Shown: one piece after another, positions 1 to 8,632 of the stretch
Layout of the letters: every line of letters starts with the position of its first letter
Position numbering within the stretch: position 1 is the stretch's first letter
Origin: a virus
DNA length: 37,539 bases
IMG/VR virus record: IMGVR_UViG_3300018083_000020
Location: 1-37,539 of that record
Strand: one strand, 5' to 3'
Position numbers and translations under genes: made by a program
Notes under the pieces: model-generated
What the model saw: the letters and a program-made list of their open reading frames with translations, nothing else
Databases searched by the model: none
Told to the model about the DNA's origin: nothing

Positions 1-123
1 CCCGACCTTTCATTGTCGAGCAACTCAAGCGCATTTCGAATGCCGTCAACATTCGTGAGATAGGGTGGTATCTGGATGAAGAGTTGTTGAGTGGAAAAGC
101 GTTTATACCCGGTACCACAGCTA
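1..123. repeat. Terminal direct repeat, left copy. Identical to 37417..37539. Assembly overlap of a circular or circularly permuted genome.
   Basis: Read base by base: cccgacctttcattgtcgag...ggtaccacagcta occurs at both ends of the window. Confidence 0.95.
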
Positions 124-407
124 TTAACGACCTAAGCACATCACAAGTGTTTAGGCAGATCTTACGCAAGGTCGTCGATCTAGGTCCATTGGTAGCCGGA
201 GTTAATCCACCAATTCCCCATGGAGTGACATTTGACGCCAACCTGACATCCATTGATTCATGGGTGGAAGCGACTAATTCCACGACGCTCACAGCCGTGA
301 CGCTTGTTTCGCCGGAACTACAGATTGTTGGACCGAATATTTTGATTACATCTCCAGGAGCCTTTGATAGGGCATTTTTCTTTTGGGAGTACACACAGGA
401 GCTTTAA
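1..407 (+). CDS. 3' part of the wrap-around virion/tail-associated protein gene (5' part at 37341..37416).
   Basis: The frame is open from the window edge to TAA 405..407. Bases 1..123 duplicate 37417..37539. It lies inside the late structural operon. Confidence 0.7.
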   Translation, partial: RPFIVEQLKRISNAVNIREIGWYLDEELLSGKAFIPGTTAINDLSTSQVFRQILRKVVDLGPLVAGVNPPIPHGVTFDANLTSIDSWVEATNSTTLTAVTLVSPELQIVGPNILITSPGAFDRAFFFWEYTQEL

Positions 408-408
408 C

Positions 409-1113
409 ATGTCATTTTGGGATTTTTGGACTGGTACGCCAGAGAAGAGAGAGAATGTTTCCAACCTACGACCTGAGCAGGAAGGCTTGTATAACCAGGC
501 TGTGAATGCAGGGAAGGGACGCGGTGGTGGTGGTGCATTCGGAGATGCCGCCGACTATTATCGAAATAACCTAAGCGATAACCCAGCGGACTTCGATGCC
601 TTTGCTGCACCAGCTCTAAGGCAGTATAATCAAGACATCGTACCTGGAATATCCGAGCAATTCGCTGGTATGGGAGCGGGAGGAAGTGGATTATCTGGGT
701 CTGGATTCCAAAATGCGCAGATTCAAGGCGCAACAGATCTATCCGAACGATTAGCTTCGATGCGCGCCGGACTACGGCAGCAAGCTGCTCAGGGGCTGCA
801 AAATATTGGTCAGACGGGATTGCAGAACTACAGCACCAATATGCAGACAGATCCTGGAACGGAGGGTATGGCATCATGGGCAGTCCCAGCCGCTCTCACA
901 GCTGCGGGAACTGCAATCGGAGGTCCGGCTTTAGGGGCTGTTGGTAATATAGCTGGTCAGGCTGTGACTAACTGGATGAGTCCGAAAGGAAAATCTAGTC
1001 CATACGGTGGTGCGCCAGGCCGGGTCGCTCCTAGAGCTAGCCCAAATATAGGCGGAGGGGTAGCGGGCATGCAGATGCCGAACTTTATGCAGGGTAGTGG
1101 GAGGGGATACTAA
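409..1113 (+). CDS. Gly/Ala/Gln-rich virion protein, putative internal/ejection protein.
   Basis: ATG 409 is preceded by AGGAG (397..401), 2 nt after the upstream stop. Low-complexity G/A-rich sequence. Position after the nozzle-like gene, as in T7-like gene order. Confidence 0.6.
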   Translation: MSFWDFWTGTPEKRENVSNLRPEQEGLYNQAVNAGKGRGGGGAFGDAADYYRNNLSDNPADFDAFAAPALRQYNQDIVPGISEQFAGMGAGGSGLSGSGFQNAQIQGATDLSERLASMRAGLRQQAAQGLQNIGQTGLQNYSTNMQTDPGTEGMASWAVPAALTAAGTAIGGPALGAVGNIAGQAVTNWMSPKGKSSPYGGAPGRVAPRASPNIGGGVAGMQMPNFMQGSGRGY

Positions 1114-2465
1114 TGGTTCAGTATATCAGCAAGGGAAGTCTATTTGGGCGCATAGGTACTAACCTTGGTAAGGGTCTGGCAGAGCAGTTGCCAGCAGCTG
1201 TTGAACAAGGTAGATTAGCCGCCGGTTTGAGACAGTTCGAACAGGATGCTGGTGGATTAACACCCCTTCAGCAAGGGGCTAGAATAGCGGCTATTCCTGG
1301 GATTACTCCACAGGCACAACAGACATTAGGTGAATTGGCACGTTTTCAGAATCAAGGGAATGCTTACCGAAAAGCGCCAGGAGGGAAGTCCGGGCAACAA
1401 GGCCAATCGCCTAGGGATGTTCAGTTCGGTAATTTCCAACAACAGCGGGAACAATCGCAACAGCCCGGGCGTGAAAGTCAAAATATGCCACCTGCCGGGC
1501 AGGTAAATAATCGACAGCAAACGCCTAATCAGGCCCCCAATGAAAATACACCACAGGTGATCGAAGGGAATCCTTTAAACGAGCAGAACGTGACTCGGCT
1601 CCCTTGGACTCCGCAACAAAGAAACCAGTCGATTGCCGATTATATCGATCAGGGTTTTTTACCTGACCAAGCTAAACAGTTGCAGTCCGATGATGAGGCT
1701 AGGGATCTGGGAGAACCAGCAGCGCACCAACAAAGACAAGCCGATATTGAGGGAGCTAAAAAGAAAGTTACTGAGTCGTTGAATCGCCATCTCGAAAAGA
1801 AATTGCAGAAGACTGGGGACGAACAATATAAAGACGTCGAAGGCAAGATGATGCTGAATGCCGAAAGAAGAATGATTAGAGACCTAATACAGAACCCTAA
1901 AGCAGATATTGATAACGTTGCTAACGACTGGTCAGAAAGACTTTATCAAACAGCCATAGCTAAAGATGACTTGAAAACACTAGGTAAAACCACAGGAATC
2001 GAGAATTTTTGGAAAGGCGCAGATACCGAGAAAAGACTTAAGGAATACCAGCACATTTTTAAACGATCAGGAAATCTAGAAGAATTTCAAAAGATATTGA
2101 AGGGCCCTGAATTTGGGATGTCTGACCAAGGATCTGCGGTTGTGGCGTATCCACCTAACGCAAAGATAAATAAGTTTTTAAGTTCGTTCAAGCCTTCTAT
2201 TCTAAATACCTCTAATAAATATCAGGAAGCGACAAAATTAGCTATGGATCTAGAAGATCTTATTGGCCCTGATGATAGCATTCAGTCAATAATGAGGACA
2301 ATTTCGGCTAAAGACCCTTTTTTTGACCAACAGTCCTTCTTGGATCAAATTTCGGAAGATAAGGACAGGATTGGTTTGAATGAAAGACAAAGACGCGAAC
2401 TAGGACAGGGGAAAAAGAACCTTATCCCTAATTGGGCTGATATGCTCTACCTTCCAAATTTTTAG
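1113..2465 (+). CDS. Q/N-rich virion protein, putative internal/ejection protein.
   Basis: 450-aa ORF with a TAATG overlap with the upstream gene and a long Gln/Asn/Pro-rich tract. Function inferred from position only. Confidence 0.6.
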   Translation: MVQYISKGSLFGRIGTNLGKGLAEQLPAAVEQGRLAAGLRQFEQDAGGLTPLQQGARIAAIPGITPQAQQTLGELARFQNQGNAYRKAPGGKSGQQGQSPRDVQFGNFQQQREQSQQPGRESQNMPPAGQVNNRQQTPNQAPNENTPQVIEGNPLNEQNVTRLPWTPQQRNQSIADYIDQGFLPDQAKQLQSDDEARDLGEPAAHQQRQADIEGAKKKVTESLNRHLEKKLQKTGDEQYKDVEGKMMLNAERRMIRDLIQNPKADIDNVANDWSERLYQTAIAKDDLKTLGKTTGIENFWKGADTEKRLKEYQHIFKRSGNLEEFQKILKGPEFGMSDQGSAVVAYPPNAKINKFLSSFKPSILNTSNKYQEATKLAMDLEDLIGPDDSIQSIMRTISAKDPFFDQQSFLDQISEDKDRIGLNERQRRELGQGKKNLIPNWADMLYLPNF

Positions 2466-2474
2466 GAGATAAAA

Positions 2475-3125
2475 ATGGTTTTACGATCAGATGAGATGGC
2501 CAATCAAGCGGAAGTGGAAAGAGATCAAAGGTTCAGGGGTAACGTCTCCAAAGGCGTTTCGGCAGCAGCTAGTTTAGCAACTGGAGCGGCAGGGGGCTCC
2601 TTGGCAGCTAAGGTAATGCCTTTCCTGAATCAATATATCCCCCCCGGTCTTGCTATGAAGGGCATTAATAAAGTTGCCCCCAAACTCGGCTCCTTTCTGC
2701 AAAAAGGTCATGAAATGGGTTTGGACGTTCAAGAAGGGCTAGACTTCATCAAGGATAAGATCGGCGGTGATCAGAAAGAGTCCGCAAAGAAGAAAGGGAA
2801 CATCATAGAGCAATATTCGCCTAATATATTCCAATATATGAAGGAATTGATAGGTAAAGGGAGCTCTCCGATAGATGCAGCCGCTAAAGCTAGAAAATTC
2901 CTAGATAAGAAACAGCAGGACATCATCTCTAAGATGGAGAAGGACCATAAAACCGATTGGTCAAGTATCGTACAGACCGTTTTCGGTGGTCAAGGAATGG
3001 CACCTAACCAGTCTGAACAACAGCCTAATCAACCAGGACAAGGCGGACAGCCTGGCGCAGGGCAACAGGCAATAATGCAAGCTATTCAGGCGGCAGCAGC
3101 ATCAAGGAAAAGACGTCAATCATGA
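2475..3125 (+). CDS. Virion protein of unknown function with a Gln/Gly-rich basic C-terminus.
   Basis: 216-aa ORF. Its RBS lies in the junction TAGGAGATAAAAATG. Late operon context. Confidence 0.6.
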   Translation: MVLRSDEMANQAEVERDQRFRGNVSKGVSAAASLATGAAGGSLAAKVMPFLNQYIPPGLAMKGINKVAPKLGSFLQKGHEMGLDVQEGLDFIKDKIGGDQKESAKKKGNIIEQYSPNIFQYMKELIGKGSSPIDAAAKARKFLDKKQQDIISKMEKDHKTDWSSIVQTVFGGQGMAPNQSEQQPNQPGQGGQPGAGQQAIMQAIQAAAASRKRRQS

Positions 3126-3802
3126 ATCCTGACATCGAAGAACTAGAAGAAATTCTAGATACAATTTTGAAAGGAATACAAGATGCTCTTCAAAACGGAG
3201 AGGTTTTGAGCGAGGAATTCCAGTTACAAGTTGCCCAGGAAATTAACAATTTAACTCAAGAAATCGACCAACTTTACGAGCAATCGAATGTATCATCTGA
3301 ACAACCTTCTAATGTTCCTCCAGGGCCACTTTCAAGTGCTCCTTCCAATGACGCGCGACTTCTTTGGATTTTAAGCGGATCTCAACCGCAGGCATTCATA
3401 TCCTACCTGCGTACGTTTCCTACTCCAGATACCGGACAGCTATTAAGAAATCCTGAACAGCTGAATTCGGTAATCGAACAGCTGCAACAGATGATGCCGG
3501 AGGGACAACAACCGACAGTCGATGGTATTCCGCACGCAGATCTAAACAGCTCGAACGTTTGGGGAGCGAATTACGATCCTAAGTCTGGCAAGATGAAAGT
3601 ACGATTCCAAGGCGGGTCGGAGTATGAATACGATGGCATTCCCCCGAACATTTTCAATGCCTTCATTCATGGTAATGCATCTGCTAAGACGAAAGGAAAA
3701 AATAAATATGGTGAGTGGTGGGAAGGAAAAAATCCCTCACTAGGCGCGGCTCTGAATCAATATATCAAGGCTGGTAACTTCGCATATAGAAAAATAAGAT
3801 AA
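3122..3802 (+). CDS. KTSC domain-containing protein with an acidic coiled N-terminal half.
   Basis: ATGA overlap with the upstream gene. The C-terminal segment ANYDPKSGKMKVRFQGGSEYEYDGIPPNIFNAFIHGNASAKTKG matches the KTSC-domain pattern (YD...L.V.F..G..Y.Y.gVp..vf..f). Confidence 0.7.
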   Translation: MNPDIEELEEILDTILKGIQDALQNGEVLSEEFQLQVAQEINNLTQEIDQLYEQSNVSSEQPSNVPPGPLSSAPSNDARLLWILSGSQPQAFISYLRTFPTPDTGQLLRNPEQLNSVIEQLQQMMPEGQQPTVDGIPHADLNSSNVWGANYDPKSGKMKVRFQGGSEYEYDGIPPNIFNAFIHGNASAKTKGKNKYGEWWEGKNPSLGAALNQYIKAGNFAYRKIR

Positions 3803-3956
3803 TTTTTTGCTAGTGATTAAAATAAACAATTGATACGCTGAGGCCAGCGTAAAGGTTGAGATCGCTCCTCACGGGCTGTTTTACGAGGTCGCCGCCGTAG
3901 AAGTTTTGAGTCTAATAGTAGACAAAGCATTTACAACACTCTATGGAGGCACATTT

Positions 3957-6281
3957 ATGGGAACAGCAGCTCTAGGCAACACAGCAGGGGGAACCCCGTA
4001 CGCAACAGGTGTGGATGCATTTGTCTATCCACAATTCATTGGGTACGCCATGCGCGCACCTACTACACAGGACATCGAAAATCCCGGAACAAGTTGGCAA
4101 GACAACAGCGTTAGCCCTCCGGTTATTTATCAAACGACCGGAGCAGGTAATTGGGCGACAGCTGGATCTAACCCTGCCACCACGACGACATATGGAACTG
4201 TTTTACTCACGGACAACAGTGAGCCAGTAGCTACAAAGGTTTATGCCGATAATCTAGCGATCGCCGGGGCACCTGTTTCAACGACAACAGTGGCCGGTAT
4301 TGGTCAGCTCGCGACCGATGCAGAAGCCGTCGCAGGTACAGCCTCGACAGGAGCATTAGCGCTATTCGTCACCCCATCTAACTTAGCCGCTGTATTTGCG
4401 GCTCCTCCGGCGACAGGAGGAACTACTCCCGCTGCCGGATCATTCACCACTCTAGCTGCTAGCGGATTGGCTTCCCTGAGCGGATCAGCCACGATTACTA
4501 CCGGTGCCACAGCACTTAACTTGGCTTCTGATGCATCTACAGGGGCTGTAAATATCGGTACAGGAGCTGGTGCCCGTGTGATTACGGTCGGTAACGTCAC
4601 AGGCGCTACGGCAGTCGCTGTCAATACCGGTACAGGTAGTTTTACAGTAACGACCACGTCCACAGGCGATATTGTTCTTAACTCCGCTGACACAGTGCTT
4701 ATTGATTCGGCAGGTGTCCTAGAACTGAATTCTTCAGCCGGAGTGATCGGGATTGGTAACGATGCAGTTGCTCAAAACATTAACGTCGGTACAGGCGCAG
4801 CAGCTCGTACAATCACGGTTGGTAATAGCACAGGCGGTACGACCGTAACGTTAAATAGCGGTACAGGTGGAGTAAACGTTGGTACGAACGCCATAGCTCA
4901 AACCGTATCTATTGGTAACAGCACTGGAGCTACAGCCGTCGTTATCGATGCGGGTACAGCAGGCGTAACAGTTGGGACTAACGCAATTGCTCACATTGTG
5001 ACAATCGGTAACGTAACAGGGGCAACAGCCGTCAACGTTAACACAGGAACTGGCGGAAGCACCGTTACAACAACGAATGGAATTTTCTCGCTTCTAACGG
5101 GAACAGGAACAATTTCGATTGGCGCCGATGCAGCTGATCACATTATCAATATTGGTAACTCTACAGGCGCTACCCCAGTCTCAATCAACGGGGGAACCTC
5201 TGGAGTCAACGTGGGTACGAATGCTATCGCCCACACAGTTACGCTGGGTAATAGCACTGGGGCCACTGCGGTTACCATAAACACCGGTACCGGTTCATCG
5301 CTGAACCTAGGTACTAACGCTATTGCTCATATCGTAACCATCGGGAACATAACTGGAGCCACTGCGGTTAATATCAACACCGGAACTGCGGGAAGTACCA
5401 TAACGACCACAAACGGAATATTCTCGTTGCTGACTGGCACTGGAACCATTTCCATCGGCGCAGACGCCGCTGATCATATAATTAACATCGGCAATAGCAC
5501 GGGCGCGACACCTGTATCGCTGAATGGCGGAACGTCAGGTGTCAATATCGGAACTAACGCGATAGCGCACGCGGTGACAATTGGTAACGTAACTGGAGCG
5601 TCAACCGTCGTTATAAATGCAGGTACGGGTACATCCTCCATAAATACGACTAACGGCATACTAAACGTAGCTACAGGGACTGGAGCTATAAATTTAGGAA
5701 CCGATGCAGCGGCCAAGATCATCACAATCGGTAATATTACCGGCGCGACCGCAGTTAACGTAAATACTGGTACCGCTGGTACGACATATACCACAACTAA
5801 TGGGATATTCACTCTAGCTACAGGTACAGGGGCCATTTCGATAAGCGCAGACGCGGCGGCTACAACACTTCTGATCGGAACGGGTGCAGCGGCCAAGACT
5901 GTGACGATAGGTTCTACAAACTCAACCAGCACAACCACTATTAATTCCGGTAGCGGTAACGTGAACGTAACCGGTGGTCACCTATCGATTGCTACGGTCG
6001 CTAAAACGCTTTTGGTTAACGGTGGGGCAGTAACCGATTTCATTGGGACAGGCGTATTGACCGCAGGTACTCAAACGATCGCCAATACAAACATTGCGAC
6101 GGGAGATGTGATTCTGCTCACTCGCACTGGAGTAGCAGCTTCCACGACATTAGGTGTTTTGACATACACAATCAGCAACGGCGCTAGCTTTACTGTGACG
6201 AGCGTAATCCTAGGAACACCTGGATCTACTCAGACCGCCGACGTCAGCACATACGCATACTTTATCGTAAGACCTACCTAA
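3957..6281 (+). CDS. Tail fibre or tailspike-like repeat protein (beta-helix-like, G/T/A/N-rich).
   Basis: The ORF is open from 3906. ATG 3957 has GGAGG at 3945..3949. It carries roughly 31-aa periodic repeats (VNVGTNAIAxTVxIGNxTGATAVxxNxGTxG) and a 112-aa tandem duplication. It is the last large gene of the structural block. Confidence 0.75.
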   Translation: MGTAALGNTAGGTPYATGVDAFVYPQFIGYAMRAPTTQDIENPGTSWQDNSVSPPVIYQTTGAGNWATAGSNPATTTTYGTVLLTDNSEPVATKVYADNLAIAGAPVSTTTVAGIGQLATDAEAVAGTASTGALALFVTPSNLAAVFAAPPATGGTTPAAGSFTTLAASGLASLSGSATITTGATALNLASDASTGAVNIGTGAGARVITVGNVTGATAVAVNTGTGSFTVTTTSTGDIVLNSADTVLIDSAGVLELNSSAGVIGIGNDAVAQNINVGTGAAARTITVGNSTGGTTVTLNSGTGGVNVGTNAIAQTVSIGNSTGATAVVIDAGTAGVTVGTNAIAHIVTIGNVTGATAVNVNTGTGGSTVTTTNGIFSLLTGTGTISIGADAADHIINIGNSTGATPVSINGGTSGVNVGTNAIAHTVTLGNSTGATAVTINTGTGSSLNLGTNAIAHIVTIGNITGATAVNINTGTAGSTITTTNGIFSLLTGTGTISIGADAADHIINIGNSTGATPVSLNGGTSGVNIGTNAIAHAVTIGNVTGASTVVINAGTGTSSINTTNGILNVATGTGAINLGTDAAAKIITIGNITGATAVNVNTGTAGTTYTTTNGIFTLATGTGAISISADAAATTLLIGTGAAAKTVTIGSTNSTSTTTINSGSGNVNVTGGHLSIATVAKTLLVNGGAVTDFIGTGVLTAGTQTIANTNIATGDVILLTRTGVAASTTLGVLTYTISNGASFTVTSVILGTPGSTQTADVSTYAYFIVRPT
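4974..5309 (+). repeat. Tail-fibre internal tandem duplication, unit 1 (336 nt, 112 codons).
   Basis: Begins GTNAIAHIVTIGNVTGATAVNVNTG. In phase with unit 2. Confidence 0.85.
5310..5645 (+). repeat. Tail-fibre internal tandem duplication, unit 2 (336 nt, 112 codons).
   Basis: Begins GTNAIAHIVTIGNITGATAVNINTG. About 92 percent aa identity but only about 72 percent nt identity to unit 1 over the first 80 codons, by hand count. Confidence 0.85.
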
Positions 6282-6295
6282 AACAAGGAGAAATC

Positions 6296-6487
6296 ATGAA
6301 GTTGGTTAACAAGGTTGAAATCAAGCTCGAAAACTTCGAGAAATGTCACGTAATTAGTGATCAAGATTGTCCTTTGGGCCAGCTTTATGATTACTCCTGT
6401 GCGTTTAAAGCTTTTCTCGCTCAGAAGATTCAGGAGAATGAAGCGCAGGCGAAATCTGAAGTAAAAGTCGAAGAACCAGCGGTGTAA
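6296..6487 (+). CDS. Small hypothetical protein downstream of the tail fibre.
   Basis: 63-aa ORF with AAGGAG 7 nt upstream of the ATG. Confidence 0.55.
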   Translation: MKLVNKVEIKLENFEKCHVISDQDCPLGQLYDYSCAFKAFLAQKIQENEAQAKSEVKVEEPAV

Positions 6488-6489
6488 AA

Positions 6490-6804
6490 ATGTCAGTCTA
6501 TATCCAGAATCAGCAGATGCTACCAGCTCCTGAGTTGATAGCAGCTATGACAGGTGCGCCTGCCGTTATCGGCACATTGCTTTATACGCCAGTAAAGTTG
6601 GTGTTAGACAATCAAAGCACATCTCCTGTCGTCTTGTCCATCAACATAGGTGGAGGGCCGGTTCAGTGGAAGACATTCACCGCTGGAGAAGCAATTTTTA
6701 TAGATGATGACATGTACACCTTCCCTGTGGGAACGATATTTACTGGAAATGGAGCTGCCGCTGGCAACTTTTCCATTTCCTACACGTATATAAATCAGCC
6801 GTAG
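6490..6804 (+). CDS. Hypothetical virion-associated protein.
   Basis: 104-aa ORF starting 2 nt after the upstream stop. Confidence 0.55.
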   Translation: MSVYIQNQQMLPAPELIAAMTGAPAVIGTLLYTPVKLVLDNQSTSPVVLSINIGGGPVQWKTFTAGEAIFIDDDMYTFPVGTIFTGNGAAAGNFSISYTYINQP

Positions 6805-6811
6805 GTAACAA

Positions 6812-7360
6812 ATGAGTCAGATTTATAAGAGTCTCACCTCAGGACCTGTCCCACCGGCGGTTCCTACGTCATTCGTTACCGATGTTAACTCACCCTCAGT
6901 TCCAATAGCCAACATCGAGAACATTTTCGGTGGATTCGTTTCCACAGACGACTCAGATGGTATTCAGACGGACGGTTCGTCTGGTTCCAATACCGTTACA
7001 GTACAGTTGACAAATAGGCTAAGAGGCACAGGAACCACGGTCGGAGCTACTACGGCGGATCTTGTGACATTCGCCTTAGGCGCTTCACTTGGGAGCTACA
7101 TCATCGACGCAAATTTTGTTGGGTTCGAGCCCACGACGCCCGCCGGCGCAGGATACAGTCTTTTCGGAACAGTCAGGACAGATGGGGCGACCGCCTCTTT
7201 GGTGGGTACGCCTGACATCATAAAAAACGAAGATGTAGTACTTCTTCCAGGCGATGTGGCGCTCGTCGTTTCAGGAAATAGCGCTATTTTGCGTGTGACA
7301 GGAACGGCTGGGCTTACCGTCAGATGGGTCGTAGTGGCAACATACGTGAAGGTGATATAA
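6812..7360 (+). CDS. Fibre-like or receptor-binding-like protein.
   Basis: 182-aa G/T/S/V-rich ORF. It has a P-[IV]-AN-[IN]-I...GI.T.G motif that is shared with the next gene. Confidence 0.5.
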   Translation: MSQIYKSLTSGPVPPAVPTSFVTDVNSPSVPIANIENIFGGFVSTDDSDGIQTDGSSGSNTVTVQLTNRLRGTGTTVGATTADLVTFALGASLGSYIIDANFVGFEPTTPAGAGYSLFGTVRTDGATASLVGTPDIIKNEDVVLLPGDVALVVSGNSAILRVTGTAGLTVRWVVVATYVKVI

Positions 7361-8028
7361 TGGCTGGATTCGATAATGACACCGTTTATGGAAATAACGC
7401 TGATTTCAGCAGAGCTGGATCGAACGGCGGGGAGGCAACCAACGGACTACAGCTAAACGGGCAATTATGGATAGGTAGAACAGCTGTAAACGCCGGTGGA
7501 ACGCATATCGATGTAGGCCATATAACATCGATAGGCGGGACTGTGGCTATCACTAACGGAGCTGGATTCATTAATATAGATCTAGCTGGTGGTGGTGCCG
7601 CTATTGAAACTCTGACCGGTGATACCGGAACCGCTACGCCGATTGCTAACAACATCCAGATAGCTGGAGGACCAGGAATAACCACGAGCGCCACAGGCGC
7701 CGTAGTAACGATTAATAGCGTCGTATTCACCGATACAACAGCAGCAACACTGGCTGTAGACAACGGTTACTTCGCGACGGCAGCAGGAACCTATCCACTC
7801 CCAGCTACAGCAGCACAAGGAGAGGTTTTGGTCGTCGTATGTGATACCGCCGGGGCTGTTGTTTTAGATGCTCCAGCACTAAACTTCATAAGAGTCGGTT
7901 CTGCTATCACCTCTAGTGGAGGTACAGCGACCTCCAATGCTATTGGAGACAGTTTAACGCTTAGATATAGGCTTTCATCACTTACCTGGGAGGCAACCTC
8001 TGTGATTGGCACATGGAGTTTAGCTTGA
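7360..8028 (+). CDS. Fibre-like or receptor-binding-like protein.
   Basis: ATG 7360 overlaps the upstream TAA (TAATG). 222-aa G/T/A-rich protein with the motif LTGDTGTATPIANNIQIAGGPGITT. Confidence 0.55.
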   Translation: MAGFDNDTVYGNNADFSRAGSNGGEATNGLQLNGQLWIGRTAVNAGGTHIDVGHITSIGGTVAITNGAGFINIDLAGGGAAIETLTGDTGTATPIANNIQIAGGPGITTSATGAVVTINSVVFTDTTAATLAVDNGYFATAAGTYPLPATAAQGEVLVVVCDTAGAVVLDAPALNFIRVGSAITSSGGTATSNAIGDSLTLRYRLSSLTWEATSVIGTWSLA

Positions 8029-8064
8029 TGGCATCTGGACACCTAGATATACTCCATCGTGAAA

Positions 8065-8631
8065 ATGGAGTGTCAAATGCGAATGTGTGTTGTATGCAAT
8101 CAAGTGAAGAGTTTAATAGATTTCAGAAAAAGAAAAATTTGGTTTTCACATACATGCAAGTCATGTTAGGCATCGCAGTATAGGACGTGGAAAGAAAACA
8201 TAGGGAGATTTAAAAAAGGCCATATCCCTTGGATAAAAGGAAAACGGCTAAGCGAAGATCAGGTTGAGGAGATGAGATTGGTTAGGAGGAATCCTAACGC
8301 CATATCTAAAGGAAAGTCCTCATATCGATATCGTATTTGGACAGACCAGGTGCTTGAAAAGTGTAATAATGAATGTTTACATTGTAAGAGCAAAAAAGAT
8401 TTGGACTGTCATCATATCAAAGCCTGGAAAACGCATTTAGATCTTAGATTTGATGTTGCGAATGGAATTGCACTATGCAAAAGCTGCCACCGAAAGGAAG
8501 AAATGAAAGATAAGGGATTGCCAGGGACGGCAACACGTTTTAAAAAAGGACATAGACTATCCGAAGAGTCTATAGAAAAAATGAAGAAGACAAAGCGTGA
8601 AAGATCTATAAAGAGACAACAAAGGTTTTAG
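8065..8631 (+). pseudogene. HNH homing endonuclease with Zn-finger, NUMOD3-like motif, HNH and a second NUMOD3-like motif, interrupted by an in-frame TAG at 8167..8169.
   Basis: ATG 8065 opens MECQMRMCVVCNQVKSLIDFRKRKIWFSHTCKSC, then TAG. The same frame continues ASQYRTWKENIGRFKKGHIPWIKGKRLSEDQVEE into ORF 8272..8631. Confidence 0.5.
8272..8631 (+). CDS. HNH endonuclease core. The longest uninterrupted ORF of the element above.
   Basis: Motif CLHCKSKKDLDCHHIKAW...NGIALCKSCH (HNH), plus FKKGHRLSEESIEKMKK (NUMOD3-like). GAGGAG abuts the ATG directly, which is poor SD spacing. Confidence 0.65.
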   Translation: MRLVRRNPNAISKGKSSYRYRIWTDQVLEKCNNECLHCKSKKDLDCHHIKAWKTHLDLRFDVANGIALCKSCHRKEEMKDKGLPGTATRFKKGHRLSEESIEKMKKTKRERSIKRQQRF

Positions 8632-8632
8632 T

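Noticed and set aside
404-1846. Minus-strand ORFs 404..877, 1326..1520 and 1649..1846 within the internal-protein genes.
   Set aside because: They run antisense to low-complexity sense genes in a uniformly + strand, translationally coupled operon, and they have no start signals.
4974-5645. The tail-fibre repeats as a DGR template/variable-region pair or a CRISPR-like array.
   Set aside because: The genome has no reverse transcriptase. Differences between copies fall at synonymous third positions of all base types, not at adenines. The repeats are contiguous coding units with no spacers.
4304-5938. Long minus-strand ORFs (4304..4693 and 5474..5938) and + strand ORF 4009..4230 inside the tail-fibre gene.
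   Set aside because: They lie wholly inside a strongly periodic G/T/A/N-rich gene. Their products are Val/Ala/Pro low-complexity strings mirroring the sense codons. They are a by-product of codon bias, not genes.
7117-7145. tRNA T-arm-like string GGGTTCGAGCCCACGACGCCCGCC, as a tRNA gene or an attP core matching a tRNA 3' end.
   Set aside because: The flanks cannot form a 5-bp T stem or an acceptor stem. It lies in frame inside the fibre-like gene 6812..7360. No recombinase gene is adjacent.
8167-8169. Genome-wide TAG reassignment (alternative genetic code) as the explanation for the in-frame TAG in the HNH gene.
   Set aside because: TAG clearly terminates many well-defined genes here, including portal, scaffold, recombinase and the nozzle-like gene. 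In each case the next gene's RBS and start follow at once. A local nonsense mutation or error is more likely.
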